64,000 nt of DNA from Hemiscyllium ocellatum. Taxonomy: Eukaryota. The stretch lies in NCBI RefSeq assembly GCF_020745735.1, contig NC_083409.1, positions 10,343,534-10,407,533 of the forward strand, in the 5' to 3' direction. Below are positions 50,701 through 64,000 of the stretch, one piece after another; the first letter of the stretch is position 1, and each line of letters starts with the position of its first letter. Below the pieces are notes generated by a model that was given only the letters and a program-made list of their open reading frames with translations, did not search any database and had not been told where the DNA came from. A program made the translations under genes and the position numbers.

Positions 50701-51029
50701 CAGGTGGAGACAGTTGAATTCAGGATAAATCTCTCTCTGCTCTGCCCCACTAATGGATGTTAACCCTTGACCCCAGAAGCATGTCTTCTCCTGGAGTAAA
50801 GGCCAACTTTCACATCGACCAGGTTTTGGTATCTCTTAGAAAGATGGACAGATTCTTGGTAAATGAAGGGCAGTTCTGTGCTGTTGGCCTGTTCTCACTG
50901 GGGACTGGTTTGGACACAAACCTCATTCCATGAAGGCCCAGCAGAGATAGGAGATCCTCAGGCCATCAGTGTGAGCTGGAGGGACAGGACAGGCTCTGAC
51001 CCACTGACCCATCCTGTCCTTGTGCAACA

Positions 51030-51800
51030 TGGAGGAGAAAGTGAGGACTGCAGATGGTGGAGATCAGAGTTGAAAATGTGTTGCTGGAAAAGTGCAGCAG
51101 GTCAGGCAGCATCTAAAGAGCAGGAGAATCAATGTTTCGGGCATGAGCCCTTCTTCAGGAATGAGGAAATGTGTCTAGCAGGCTAAGATAAAAGGTAGGG
51201 AGGAGGGACTTGGGGGAGGGGCTTTGGAAATGCGATAGGTGGAAGGAGGTTAAGGTGAGGGTGATAGGCCGGAGTGGGGGTGGGGGCGGAGAGGTCAGGA
51301 AGAAGATTGCAGGTTAGGAAGACGGTGCTGAGTTCAAGGGATTTAACTGAGACAAGTGGGGGGAGGGGAAATGAGGAAACTGGAGAAATCTAGATTCATC
51401 CCTTGTGGTTGGAGGGTTCCTAGGCGGAAGATGGGGTGTTCTTCCTCCAACCATCGTGTTGCTATGGTCTGGCGATGGAGGAGTCCAAGGGCCTGCATGT
51501 CCTTGGCAGATTGGGAGGTGGAGTTGAAGTGTCGAGCCACGGGGTGGTTGGGTTGGTTGGTCAACCACCCCGTGGCTCAACAGACCATAGCAACACGACG
51601 CCTCATCTTCCGCCTAGGAACCCTCCAACCACAAGGGATGAACCTAGATTTATCCAGTTTCCTAATTTCCCCTCCCACCACCTTGTCTCAGTCAAATCCC
51701 TCGAACTCAGCACCGCCTTCCTAATCTGCAGTCTTCTTCCTGACCTTTCCGTCCCCACCCCCACTCCGGCCTATCACCCTCACCATGACCTCCTTCCACC
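51030..51800. mobile_element. Penelope-like 3' end in inverted arrangement (minus 51030-51555, plus 51565-51800)
   Basis: The HPVARHFNSTS...RLGTLQPQGMN region is present on both strands. A hammerhead-like core lies at 51131-51158 (minus). Confidence 0.8.
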
Positions 51801-51819
51801 TATCGCATTTCCAACGCCA

Positions 51820-52060
51820 ACAGTAAACGTGGATGTCAGTTCACGAGAGTGCTCCATGGAGAAACATGGGCCTCCTTCCCACTGAAGCTCCCAATGGAGA
51901 CCAGTAAACATGGACATCGTTCCTGCTTGAGCCTCCAATAAAGACCAGGAAATGTTGGCCTCCTTCCTAATGGACTCTCCAAAGGAGACCAGTAAACATG
52001 GACCTCCTTCTGACTGGATACTCCAAGAATACCAGTAAATGTGGGCCTCCTATTCACTTG
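51820..52060. repeat. Degenerate ~44-bp minisatellite, continuing at ~53320-53390 after a CR1 insertion
   Basis: gaccagtaaacatgg-like unit starts fall at 51899, 51943, 51987 and 52030. Confidence 0.75.
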
Positions 52061-52064
52061 TCGT

Positions 52065-53315
52065 TCTAATAGACACAAGTGGATAGTTGAGTTTTTGAAG
52101 AAATAAATAAAAATAGATCAGTACACATTGTCGACATGGACTTTAGCAAGGCCTTAGACAAGATTTCCTATGGTAAACTGCTTAGTAAGATTATATCACA
52201 GTGGATCTAGGGAGATCTAACCAATTGGATATAAAATGGGCCTGATGGTAGGAGGCAGAGGTTGGTGAGAGAGGGTTGTTCTTCAGACTGGAGGCCACTG
52301 ACCAGCCGTCTGCCACAAGAATCGATCCTGGATCCACTGTTGTTCATCATTTACATGAACAATTTGGATGAGAAAATAACAGGAATGGTCAGTAAGTTTG
52401 TGGCTGACATTAAAATTGTTGGCATCGTGGACAGGGAAGAAGGTTATCTAAGAGTGCAATGTCATCTTCATCAACTGGGCCAGTGGGTCAACAAATCCAG
52501 ATGGAGTTTAATTTCGATAAATGCAAGGAGTTGCATTTTGGGAAGACAAACCAGGGCAGGAATTACACAACTAATGGTAGAGCCATGGGGAGTGTTGTTG
52601 AACAGAGAGACAGAGGGGTACAGGTGCATAGTTCCTTGGAAGTGGTGTCACAGGTAGAGAGGGTGGTGAAGACGGTATTTGGCTCGTGGACCTTCAATGG
52701 TCAAAGCAGGGAGTACAGGAGCTGGGACATCATGTTACAGCTGTACAAGGCATTGGTTAGGCCACATTTGGACACTGTGTACATTCCTATTTGCTCTGCT
52801 GTAGGAAGGAAGTTACTGCACTGGTTTGGATAAAAGAAAGATTAACAGGGATGTTACCAAGGTTGGTGAGTTTGAATTACAAGGCGAGGATGGATAAGCC
52901 GAGAGATTTTTCCAGTGAATGCAGGAGATTGAGGGGTGACCAGAGAGGTTTATAGAATCATTAGGGCCATAGATAAGGAGAATAGCCAAAGTTTTTTTTC
53001 CCCAGAGTAGGGGAGTCCAGTACGAGAAGGAATATGTTTAAGTTGAGAGGGGAAAGAATTAGAAGGGACCTGAGAGGCAACCTTTTCGCACAGAGGTTGG
53101 TGTGTATGTGTAATAAGCTGCCACAGGAAGTGGTGGAGGGGAGTACAATTACTAGATTTCAAGGACATATTTACAGGAACATGGATAGGAAGGATTTAGA
53201 GGGGATTGGGCCAAACGCATGCAGATGGGTCTAGTTCAGTTTTGGAAACTTGGTCGGCATGGATGAGTTGAGCTGAAGGGCCTGCTGCCACGCTGTAAAC
53301 CTCTATGGCTCTATG
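52065..53315 (+). mobile_element. CR1 LINE 3' portion
   Basis: Translated motifs: LPQESILDPLLF, SKFVADIK and YKALVRPHLD. The element ends in a CR1 tail. Confidence 0.88.
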
Positions 53316-55859
53316 ATGATGTAAACATGGGGCACCTTCCCATAGGACCAATAAACAGTAAACATGGGCCTCCTTCCTGAGCTGCAAACCCCACATCCTG
53401 TCCATCACATAGGTCCCTTATTTCAATCTGCACAACATTGTTTGTCTCTGCACTACCTCAGCCTCTTGACCACAGAAACCCCAATTCCTATTCATCCCAC
53501 CTCCTGACTCTATGATTTCAATGTCTTCTCCCAGCTTCCTGAAGCCACATTCCATCAACCCCAACTTGTCTGATATGGAGTGGTCCCTTCCCTGTCTCAC
53601 AACTACAGTTGTTCCAGAATCTGACCTCACTGCCAGCCAATTGCCTCCATGGCCTCCCTCCTCCCTCACTCTGTGTCCTGCTGTAGACTCACATTCCCTC
53701 CCTCCCCCTTCCATCTTCTGTCTCTGGTCTCCTGCCCATTGCTGCTTCCTCCATCCCATCATTGACAGCAGAGCCTTCAGACCCCGAGAGTATACTCTCT
53801 GCCCTCTTCATCCCTCCCTCTCTCGTTGTTTGTGCTATTGAATATACTGTTTAGTTCCATCACTTTTGGTTCGCTGTTCCCTTGCCATTGATTTGCTGAT
53901 TTATTCTAGTAAATCTAGACTGGTGTGTTCTCTGAGTTGGTTCAAGAGTGTTTTGCTTGAGAAAACACTTCTGTGAACTGGTTTGTCTGTTTCTCCCAGT
54001 CTTTGTGTAAAGGTGAGACGAAGTGTGTAAATGCTGTCATTTCATGGAGCAATCCAGTCAGTCCCACCCCCTCCCCTACTCGACCCCCAGAGCCTTGCAG
54101 GTTTAATTTCATCAAGAGCCCATCCAATCTGCCATTGCAATCACTGAGTGTCTTCACCTGCCTCACCTGAATGGGCACTAATTTCCAAGTCATTACGAAT
54201 TGCTGTTAAAAAACATTCTTCCTGAGATTCCGTATCTCTTGCCCAACAAAATGTAAGGTAATCTCAATGTGAAGATGGGATTTTGTCTCCACACGGACTG
54301 TGCAGTTGTCACCCTTACTGATACTGTCATGGACAGATACACCAGCAGCAGGCAGATTGGTGAGGGTGATAGTGAGTATGTTGTTCCCTCTTGTTGGTTC
54401 CCTCACCCCCTGTCCCAGGTCCAGTCGAGCAGCTGAATCAGGTGGAACTTGACCAGCTTGCTCAGTAGTGATGCTTCTAAGCAGCTCTTGATGGAGGACT
54501 TTGAATTCCCTTACTCAGGGTATATCCTGCATCATTCCCTCCTTCAGTGCTCCCTCCAAGTGTTGTTCAACATGGAGGAGGACTGACTGCTCAGTTGAGG
54601 TTGGAGCGGAGGGCGGTGCTATGTGGTAATCAGCAGGAGGTTTCCTTCCCCATGTTTGACCTGCTGTCATGAGGCTTCATGGGTTCCATAGTTAATGGTG
54701 AGGACTCCCAGGGCAACTTCCTTCCGACTGTACACACCACTGTGTTGCCTCCCCTGCTTGGTCTATCCTGCCAGTTAAAAACTGAATGAGGGAACAATTC
54801 TGTGCAGGTTTTACAGCTTGGAGACAGAGCTGCTGCTGGATTCTGTTTCTGATCTCCGAGTGCAGGCGTATGTGTTTGTGAGAGAGTGACTGTCCTTTTT
54901 CCCATCACTGTGCTGTTTCTGAAAAGAAAAATCCCAGAACCAGCCTCCTGTGCTGTCAGGTTCTTGGGTGTGCAGACAGTTCACAGTTTTCTCCCATCTC
55001 AGTAACAAACGTCCAGCTGCTCCGAGCTCTTTATTTCACTTCCTCTTTTGGTGAAGTTTCAACCTTGTGCTCTGACAGTCTTTGCAGTTATTTTTACACT
55101 GGGGCTTTCTGCAGTGGTCAGAACCTCTAATAATAAGTGTCCAATCAGTGACAATCACAGCAGCTAAGAGCAGTCAGGACTGAGGAGCCAGGCTCACTGG
55201 GAAACACATTGGGAAGATCAAAGCCATTCCTCTTCAGCTCCCGGTACAAACTCCATCCCTCTCCCTGAGCACTATCTGCTGCTCAACCAGACTCTTTACA
55301 AACTTGGCCTCATCTTTGGGGCTGATCTGAGCCCCATATCCTCCATCTCACAAAGATCAGCCACTGAAAATCTCTGTCATGTGCATGGGACTCCAAACAT
55401 GACCATACCAATGTTGTGCTTGCACACATCACAGCCACTGGCCTCCGTAACCTTCAGCTCATCCCAAATTCTGCTGCCCCATATCTAAACTCGCATCAAA
55501 TCCCATTCCTCCAACCCCCTGCGCCCTGTGCCTACATTGGCTCCTGGTCCAGCAACACCTTGATTTTCAAATTCTCATCCTTGTTCTCATGTCCCTCCCT
55601 GTCCTCCACTCTCCCTATCTCTGTAACCTCCTCCAAACTGCCTCACTCAGTGTGATCAACAAAATTGGATATATGGCTGTCTGTTCCTTCATCCAAGTAA
55701 TTTAGAAATATCGTGAAATGCTGAGGTTCTAGCCCAATTCCCTGGGGACACCACTATCCAGATGTTGCTCATTGGAGAGCACACACATTATCCCTCCTCT
55801 CTGTCTCCTACCTCCAAACTAATTCCTGACCAAAGATAAATACTTTTCTCTAACTGGCG

Positions 55860-56890
55860 AGAATGGGAGAAAGCAGAGGGACACAGTGAAAGGATACTTG
55901 TCAGACTGGAGGCCTGAGTCTAGTGGAGTGCCTCAGGATTGATGCTGGGTCCATTACTGTTTGTTATCAATATCAATGATTTAGAAGACATTACAATAGC
56001 CGGTATTGTGGACAATGAGGAAGGTTATCAGATATTGTAACAGGACCTTGATCAGCTGTGGAAGTGGGAAAAGAAATGATAAATTGAGTTTAAGTATGAG
56101 GTCTTGCATTTTGGAAAGTTAAATCAAGGTAGGAGTTTCATGGTGAATGGTAAGGCCTTCAGGACTGTAGTGGAACAGTGGGATCTCAGAGTTCAGGTGC
56201 ACAGTTCTCTGAAAGTTGAGTCACAGTTAGACAGGGCAGTGAAGAAGGCTTTTGGCACACTGGCCGTCATCAGTCAGGGCACTGGGTGTAGAAGTTGGGA
56301 AGTTATGTTTCAATTGTACATGACTTTGGTGAGGCTGCACTTGGAGTATTGTGCTCAGTTTTGGTCACCTTGTTATATGAAGGATATTATTAAACTGGAA
56401 AGAGTGCAGAATAAATTTACAAGGATGTTGCCAGGTTTCAACATCTGAGTTTTTGGGAAAGGTTGGACAAGCTAGGACATTTTTCTGAAGAGTGTCGGAG
56501 ACTAAAGGGGAATCTTTTAGAAGTGTATAAGATCTTGAGAGACATGGATAGGGTGACTGCACTCAGTCTTTGTCCCAGGGTTGGGGAATCAAGGACTAGA
56601 GGGCATCAGTTGAAGGTTAGAATAAACGGGAACCTGAGGGGCAACACTTTTACACAGAGGGTGGTACCCGTATGGAATGAGCTGCCAGCTGAAGTGATTG
56701 AGGCGGGTACATTAACAACATTTAAAAGGCATTTGGACAAATACATAGATAGTATGTAATTTGAAGGATATGGGCCAAATGGAGGGAAATGGGGTCAGTG
56801 TGGATGGATATTTTGGTCAGCACGGTCCACTTTGGGCCAAAGGGCCTGTCCCTGTGCTGTAGGGCTCGATGACTCTGTGACTCTATAATT
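55860..56890 (+). mobile_element. CR1 LINE 3' portion
   Basis: Translated motifs: LYMTLVRLHLEYCAQFWSP and GNLLEVYKIL. The element ends in a CR1 tail. Confidence 0.88.
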
Positions 56891-56919
56891 CCATATGTTT
56901 CCATGTTTATGAACAGTCT

Positions 56920-59900
56920 CTCAAACATAGAAACAGAGGAACTAGGAGCAGGAGGAGGCCGTTCAGCCCTTCGAGTCAGCTCTGCCAGTCAATATGACCT
57001 TGGCTGATCATACAACTTAGTCCCCTGTTCCCACTTTTTCTCCATAACCTTTAATCCCTTTCGCCATCTTGAAAACATTTAATATTTGGGCTCAACTGCT
57101 TTCTGTGACAAAATATTCCACGAGCTTCCCAGTCTCTGGCTAAAGAAATGTCTCCTCATCTCAGTCCGAAATGGCCTTTCCCTTTTCTTTAAACTGTAAT
57201 TCCTGGTTCTGGACTCTCCAGTCATCAGGAACACAATTCCCGTGTTTACCAGTCTTATCCTGTTAGGATTTTACAGGTTTCAATGTGATTCCTCTCAAAT
57301 TTCTAAACTCCAGTGAATATAATCCTAACAAATCCAGTTTCTCATCAGATCTAAGTGCTGTCCTCCCAGGAATCAGTCTGGTAAACCTTTGCTGCCCTCC
57401 CTCCACAGCCAGAACATTCTTCCTCAGATAAGGAGCCCGAAACTACCCACGACAGAATCATAAAATCACACAGTATAGAAGAGGCCCTTCAGCCCATTAA
57501 CTGTGTACCAGCCAAACTACACTAAACCTATACCAGTCCCACTTTCCAACATGAAGCCCATAGCTTGAATGTTCTGATATTTCAACTGCTCACCCAAGTA
57601 CTTTTTAAAGTTTGTGAAGTTTCCCACCTCAACTACTTTCCCAGATTGTGTATTCCAGACCCCCACCATCCTCTGGGTCAAAAACACTTTCCTCAAAACA
57701 TCTTGAAACCTCCTATCTTTGACATTGACTGTGAACCAACTTGTTATTGACCCTCCCAAGAAGGAGAACAGCTGCTTTCTCTCCTCCCTGTCCATTCCCC
57801 TCATCACCTTATACACTTCAATCAGGTCCTCCTCCACCTTCTCTGCTCTGAAGAAAACAACCCGAGATGATCCAATTTCTCATCATCACTGAGAGGTTCC
57901 ATCCCACACAACATCCTGGTGATTCCCCTCTGCACCCCATCCAGTGCAATCACCTCCTTCCTACAGTGTGGTGACCTGAACTGCACACAGTACTCCAACT
58001 GTGGCCTCACCAATGTTCTTCTTAACTGCAGCATATCCACCTGCTTTTATAGCCAACACCTGACATGACAAAGGCAAGTGTCCCCTGTGCCTTCTTAACT
58101 GCTCTGTTAACCTGTCTTGCCACATTCAGTGATCAGTGGAGAAGCACCCAAGATCACTCTGTTCCTTTGAGCTTCCTCAGTTCAAAGAACAAAGAGCAAT
58201 GAAAATTATAGCACAAGAACTGGCCCTTTGGCCCTACTAGCCTGCACTGGTCCATATCATCCACTGAAACCTATCATCAATTTTCCAATGGTCTGTCTCC
58301 CTTTGCTCTGTGCCCATCCATGTTTGTATCTAGATATATCTTAAATGATGTTATTGTGCCTGCCTCTACCACCTCCACTGGCAACGTGTTCCAGGATCAA
58401 TCACCCTCTGTGTGACGAACTTTCCATACATATCTCCTTTAAATGTTTCCACTCTCACTTTGAACTCATGACCCAGAGTAATTGAGTCCCCCACTCTGGG
58501 AAAAAGCTTCTTGCTATCCACCCTATCTATATCTCTCATGATTTTGTAGACCCCAATCAGGTCCCCCCTCAACGTTCGACTTTGTAATGAGAATAATCCT
58601 AATCTACTAAGCATCTCTCCATAGCTAGTGCCCTCCATCCCAGGCAATCCTGGTGAACCTCCTCTACACCCTCTCCAAAGCATCCACATCTTTCTGGTAA
58701 TGTGGCAACCAGAACTGTACACAGTATTCCAAATGTGGCCAAGCCAAAGTCTGATATAATGCTAATATGACCTTCCAACTCTTGTACTGAATACCACGTC
58801 TGGTGAAGGAAGGTATGCCATATGCCTTCTTGAACACTCTGTCGACCTGTGTTGCCACCTCCAGGGTACAATGGACCTGAACACCCAGGTCTCTCTGGGC
58901 ATCAATTTTCCCAGGGTGTTCCATTCACCGTACAGTTTACTCCAGATTTGGATCTTCCAAAATTCATCAGATCGCATTTGCCTGGTTTGAACTCCATCCA
59001 TCCGTTTCTCTGCCCAACTCTCCAATCTGTCTATATTCTGCTACATTCTCTGACAGTCCACTTCACTATCTGCTACTCCACCAATATTAGTGTCATCTGC
59101 AAACTTGTTAATCAGACCACCTATACCTTCCTCCAGATCATTTATGTATATCAAAAACAAGAGCGGTACCAGCACGGATTCCTGTTCTCCATTCTGAGAA
59201 ACACCTTCCATTACTACTGTCTGTCTCCTGTTGCCCAGCATGTTCTCTACCCAGCTAGTGATTACACTCTGGACCCCATGCGACTTAAATTTCTTTATCA
59301 GGCTGCCATGGGGAACTTTATCAAACGCATTCCTGAAATCCATGTGTATGACATCCACAGCCCTTCCCTCATCAATCAACTTCATCACTTTTTCAAAAGA
59401 TTCTATAAAGTTGATAAGACATGACATTCCCTGCACAACTTCATGCACCCTATAACTGATAAATCAAATTTCGTCCAAATGTAAATGGATCTTATCCCTC
59501 AGTATCTTCTCCAGCAACTTCCCTACCACTACATCAGGCTCACTGGTTCATACCTGGATTATCTTGGCTACCCCTCTTAAACATCAGTAATTCTTCAGTC
59601 CTCTGGGACCCTCATCCATGTTCAAGGTTGCTACAAAGATATCGATTAAGGCCCCAGTTATTTCCTCTCTTGCTTCCCTCAGTAAGCTGGGATCAATCCC
59701 ATCCTGACCTGGGGACTTGTGCACCTTGATGCCTTTTAAAATACCCAACATTCCCTCCTTCCTTAAACCGACTTCAACCTGAGTAATCAAACATCTATCC
59801 CCAATTTCAACATCTGTCATTTCCCTCTCCTTGGTGAATACCAACGTAAATCACTCATTAAGAATTTCATCCATTTTCTCTGACTCCACACATAACTTTC

Positions 59901-62900
59901 CTCCTTTGTCCTTGAGTGGGCCAACTCTTTCTTTAGTCACTCTCTTGCTCCTTATATATGAATAAAAGGATTTGGGATTTTCCTTAATCCTGTTTGTGAA
60001 TGATATTTTGTGACCCCTTTTAGCCCTTTTAATTCCTCACTTCAGATTGGTCCTACTTTCACAATATTCTTCCAAAGCTTTGTCTGTTTTCAGCTACCTA
60101 GACCTTATGTATGCATCCCTTCTCCTCTTAGCTAATCTCACAATTTCATCTGTCATCCAGCGTTTCCTAATCCTGCCATTTCAATCCCTTATTTTCACAG
60201 GGACATGTCTGTCCTGACTCTAGTCAACCTCTCTTTAAAAGCCTCCCACATATCAAATTTCAGAACAGAAATGCAGAGACTTTTCTTCAGCCAGAGAGTG
60301 GTGGGCCTGTGAAATTCATTGCCGCAGAGTGCAGTGGAGGCCGGGACACTAAATGTCTTCAAGGCAGATATTGATAAATTCTTGATGTCACAAGGAATTA
60401 AGGGCTATGGGAAGAATGTGGGTAAGTGGAGTTGAAATGCCCATCAGCCACGATTGAATGGCGGAATGGACTCAATGGGCCGAATGGCCTTACTTCCACT
60501 CCTATGTCTTATGGTTTATGGTCTAAATGTGGATTTCCCTTTAAACAGCTGCTCCCAATCCACATTTCCCAGCTCCTGCCAAATTTTTCTATAGTTGGCC
60601 TTCCCCCAGTTTAGCCGCCTTCCTTTCAGATCACTCTCGTCTTTGTCCATGAGCATTCTAAAACTTATGGAACTGTGGTCACTGTTACCAAAATAATCCC
60701 CTACTGAAATTTCAACCACCTGGCCGGGCTCATTCCCTTACACCATGTCCGGTATGGCCCCTTCCTGAGTCAGACTATTTCCACATTACTCTGTAAAATC
60801 CTCCTGGATGCTCCTTACAAATTCTGCTCCATCTTAACTTCTAACATTAAGTGAATCCCAGTCAATGTTGGGAAAATTAAAATCTTCCATCACCACCACC
60901 TTGTTACTCCTACATCTTTCCATAAGCTGTTTACATATTTGTACCTCTATCTCACGTTCACTGTTAGGAGGCTTGTAGGATAGCACCAACATTGTTACTG
61001 CACCCTTCCTGTTTCTGAGCTCTGCCCATATTGCCCCACTGCTCGAGTCCTCCATAGTGCCCTCCTTCACCATACCTGTGATATCCTCTCTGACCTCTAA
61101 TGCAACTCCTCCATCCCTTTTACCTCCCTCTCGAACCCATCTGATACATCTGTATCCTGGATATTTAGTTGGCAATCTTGCCATTCCCTCAACCACGTCT
61201 CAGTAATAGCAATAACATCACACTCCCAGATACTAACCCAAGCCCTAAATTCCTCTGCCTTACCTACTACGCTTCTCACATTAAAACAGATGTGCCTAAG
61301 ACCATTTGTTCCTTTGCGTTCATCATCTGCTCCCTACCAACACTTAACCTTAGTAACGCTGACTTCAATATCTAGTTTCTGACGGGCTTTAGTTACTCAC
61401 TCCTTATTGCCACTAACCTCCTCATTTGGTTCCCATCCCTCTGCTACACTATTTTGAACCCTCCCCAAGAGCATGATCAAACACATCCCTCAGGACACTG
61501 GTTCCAGTCCTGCCCAGGTGTAGACCGCTCGATTTGTAATTGTCCCACCTCCCCAGGAACCAGTCCCAATGTCCCAAAAATCTGAACCCCTCCCTCCTGC
61601 ACCATCTCTCAAGCCACGCATTCATCCTGCCTATATTTTCATTTCGACTCTGACTAGCACATGGCACTGGGAGCAATCCTGAGATTACTACCTCTGAGAT
61701 CCTACCATAAGACCAAAAGACCATAAGACATAGGAGTGGAAGTAAGGCCATTCAGCCCATCGAGTCCACTCCGCCATTCAATCGTGGCTGAAGGGCATTT
61801 CAACTCCACTTACCCACATTCTCCCCGTAGCCCTTAATTCCTCGAGACAACAAGAATTGATCGATCTCTGCCTTGAAGACATTTAGTGTCCCGGCCTCCA
61901 CCGCACTCTGCGGCAATGAATTCCACAGGCCCACCACTGTCTGGCTGAAGAAATGTCTCCGCATTTCTGTTCTGAATTTACCCCCTCTAATTTTAACGCT
62001 GTGTCCACGGGTCCTAATCTCCTCTCCTAACGGAAACAATTTCCTTGCCTCCACCCTTTCCAAGCCATGTATTATCTTGTATGTCTCTATTAAATCTCCC
62101 CTGAATACAATCCCAGGATCCTCAGCCGTTCCTCATATATGAGATCTACCATTCAAGGGATCATCCGTGTGAATCTCCGCTGGACACGTTCCAGTGCCAG
62201 TATGTTCTTCCTGAAGTGTGGGGACCAAAACTGGACACAGTCCTCCAAATGGGGCTAACCAGAGCTTTATAAAGTCTCAGTAGCACAACGGTGTTTTTAT
62301 ATTCCAACCCTCTTGAGGTAAGTGACAACATTGCATTCACTTTCTTAATCACGGACTCAACCAGCATATTTACCTTTAGAGAATCCTCGACTAGCAATCC
62401 CAGAACCCTTTGTACTTTGGCTTTACGAATTTTCTCACCGTTTAGAAAGTAGTCTATGCTTTTTTTTTGCCAACGTGCAAGACCTCGCATTTGCTCATGT
62501 TGAATTCCATTAGCCATTTCCTGGACCACTCTCCCAAACTGTCCAGATCCTTCTGTAGCCTCCCCACTTCCTCAATACTACCTGCCTCTCACCTAACTTC
62601 GTATCATCTGCAAACTTCGTTATAATGCCTCCAGTCCCTTCATCCAGATCATTAATATATATAATGCGAACAGCTGTGGCCCCAACACTGAACCCTATGG
62701 GACATCACTCGTCCATTCCGAAAAAGAACCTTTCATTCCAACTCTCTGCCTTCTGTCAGACAGACAATCCTCAATCCATCCCAGTAGCTCACCTCGAACA
62801 CAATGGGCCCTCACCTTGCTCAGCAGCCTCTCGTGTGGCACCTTATCAAAGGCCTTTTGGAAGTCTAGATAGACCACATCCACTGGGTTTCCCTGGTCTA

Positions 62901-64000
62901 ACCTACTTGTCTCCTCTTCAAAGAATTCCAACAGGTTTGTCAGGCATGACCTCCGCTTACTGAATCCTCGTTGACTTGTTCTAATCAGACTCTGCTCTTC
63001 TAAGAATTTATAAACCTCATCCTTAATGATGGATTCTAGAATTTTACCAACCACCGAGGTTAGGCTAATTGGCCTATAATTTTCCATCTTTTGTCTTGAT
63101 CCTTTCTTGAACAAGTGGGTTACTACAGCAATCTTCCAATCATCCGAGACTTTCCCTGACTCCAGTGACTCTTAAAAGATCTCAAACAATGCCTCTGCTA
63201 TTTCCTCAGCCACCTCTCTCAGAGCTCTAGGAAGTATCCCATCGGGGGCAGGAGATTTATCAATTTTAAGACTTTTTAGCTTTTCTAGCACTATCACTTT
63301 TGTAATGGCAACCATACTCAACTCAGACCCCTGACTTCCTTTATTCAGGAATTTTAATATGGTTCCTAACTCCCTAAATTCTGCTTGTAGGACCTCATTC
63401 CATTTATTACCAATATCATTCCTACATGAACCATCACAGCTAGCTGTTCACCTCTGCCTTCAGAATATCCTGCAGCCGATCTGAGACATCCCTGAGCCGT
63501 ATAACTGGGAGGCAACATGCTATTCGTGAGTCTCGTTTTTGACCACAGAACCGCCGACCTACTCCCCTTACAAAGTCCAAACAAACCATATCCATGGGCC
63601 CCCCCTTATCAAATCCACTTGCTACATCCTCACACAATTCCAGTCGATTTCCCTTTCGACAATCCATGCTGACTCTGTCCAGTTCTGTCACTGTTTTCAA
63701 AGTGCTAAGCTATAAAATATTTTATAATGAACTTGGGCATTTTCTCCACTGCTGATTTCTGGCTAATTGGTCTAAAATTTCTTATTTTCTCTCTCTCTCT
63801 CTCTCTCTTTCAATAATTTTGTTAAATTAACTCCCTCCACTCTGTAGGATCTATTCCACAGTTGCCAAACAGATAACCATCAATGTTTCTAATATTTTAC
63901 AACCACTTCCTGAAGCACTCCTGAAAATAGATTATTTGGCCCTGCTGATTTAACATACTTTAGTTTTCCCAGAACCATTTTACTCCAACAACTGACTTCC
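56920..64000 (-). mobile_element. Stack of nested CR1 LINEs, including a long decayed copy (~58200-61700) and younger inserts (60255-60530 plus; ~61707-63600 minus)
   Basis: ORF1 esterase (GFRFLGHWD; IACCLPVIRLRDVSDRLQDILK), endonuclease (WECDVIAITETWL) and RT (NYRPISLTS, DFQKAFDKVPH) fragments are present and interrupted. Confidence 0.88.

Noticed and set aside
1-64000. The many other 60-260 aa ORFs in the track
   Set aside because: They are frameshifted CR1, Penelope or Tx1 pieces, their antisense frames, SINE-derived frames or low-complexity sequence. None supports an additional host gene, and no RAG/Transib or other intact transposase was seen.

Overview
This is eukaryotic DNA from a cartilaginous fish, probably a carpet/bamboo shark. 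That call is an inference from the HE1-type SINEs, CR1 and Penelope-like families, and the NS4-like Ig sequence. The only intact host gene is one unrearranged immunoglobulin kappa (shark type III/NS4-like) light-chain mini-cluster on the minus strand. It comprises a promoter, leader exon (49175-49223), V exon (48692-48988) with a perfect 12-RSS, a perfect 23-RSS plus J (48183-48217), a ~9.2-kb TE-filled intron, the C exon (38633-38961) and a polyA signal (38100-38105). The left half holds remnants of paralogous clusters with no visible V, J or C exons. These are a plus-strand C 3'UTR (~3810-4317), a minus-strand C 3'UTR plus downstream flank (~9540-15809), and an inverted downstream flank (~17270-26940). 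Together they suggest an array of oppositely oriented clusters whose coding parts were deleted. An 18-bp CTCF-like motif is identical in the two dead flanks but degenerate in the live cluster's flank. The deletion edge at 15809/15810 resembles a cryptic RAG signal joint. The rest is a mosaic of CR1 LINEs, Penelope-like elements (several fold-back insertions carrying minimal hammerhead-ribozyme-like motifs), SINEs, a Tx1 fragment and minisatellites. TE boundaries and identity values are by-eye estimates; no alignment or database search was run.
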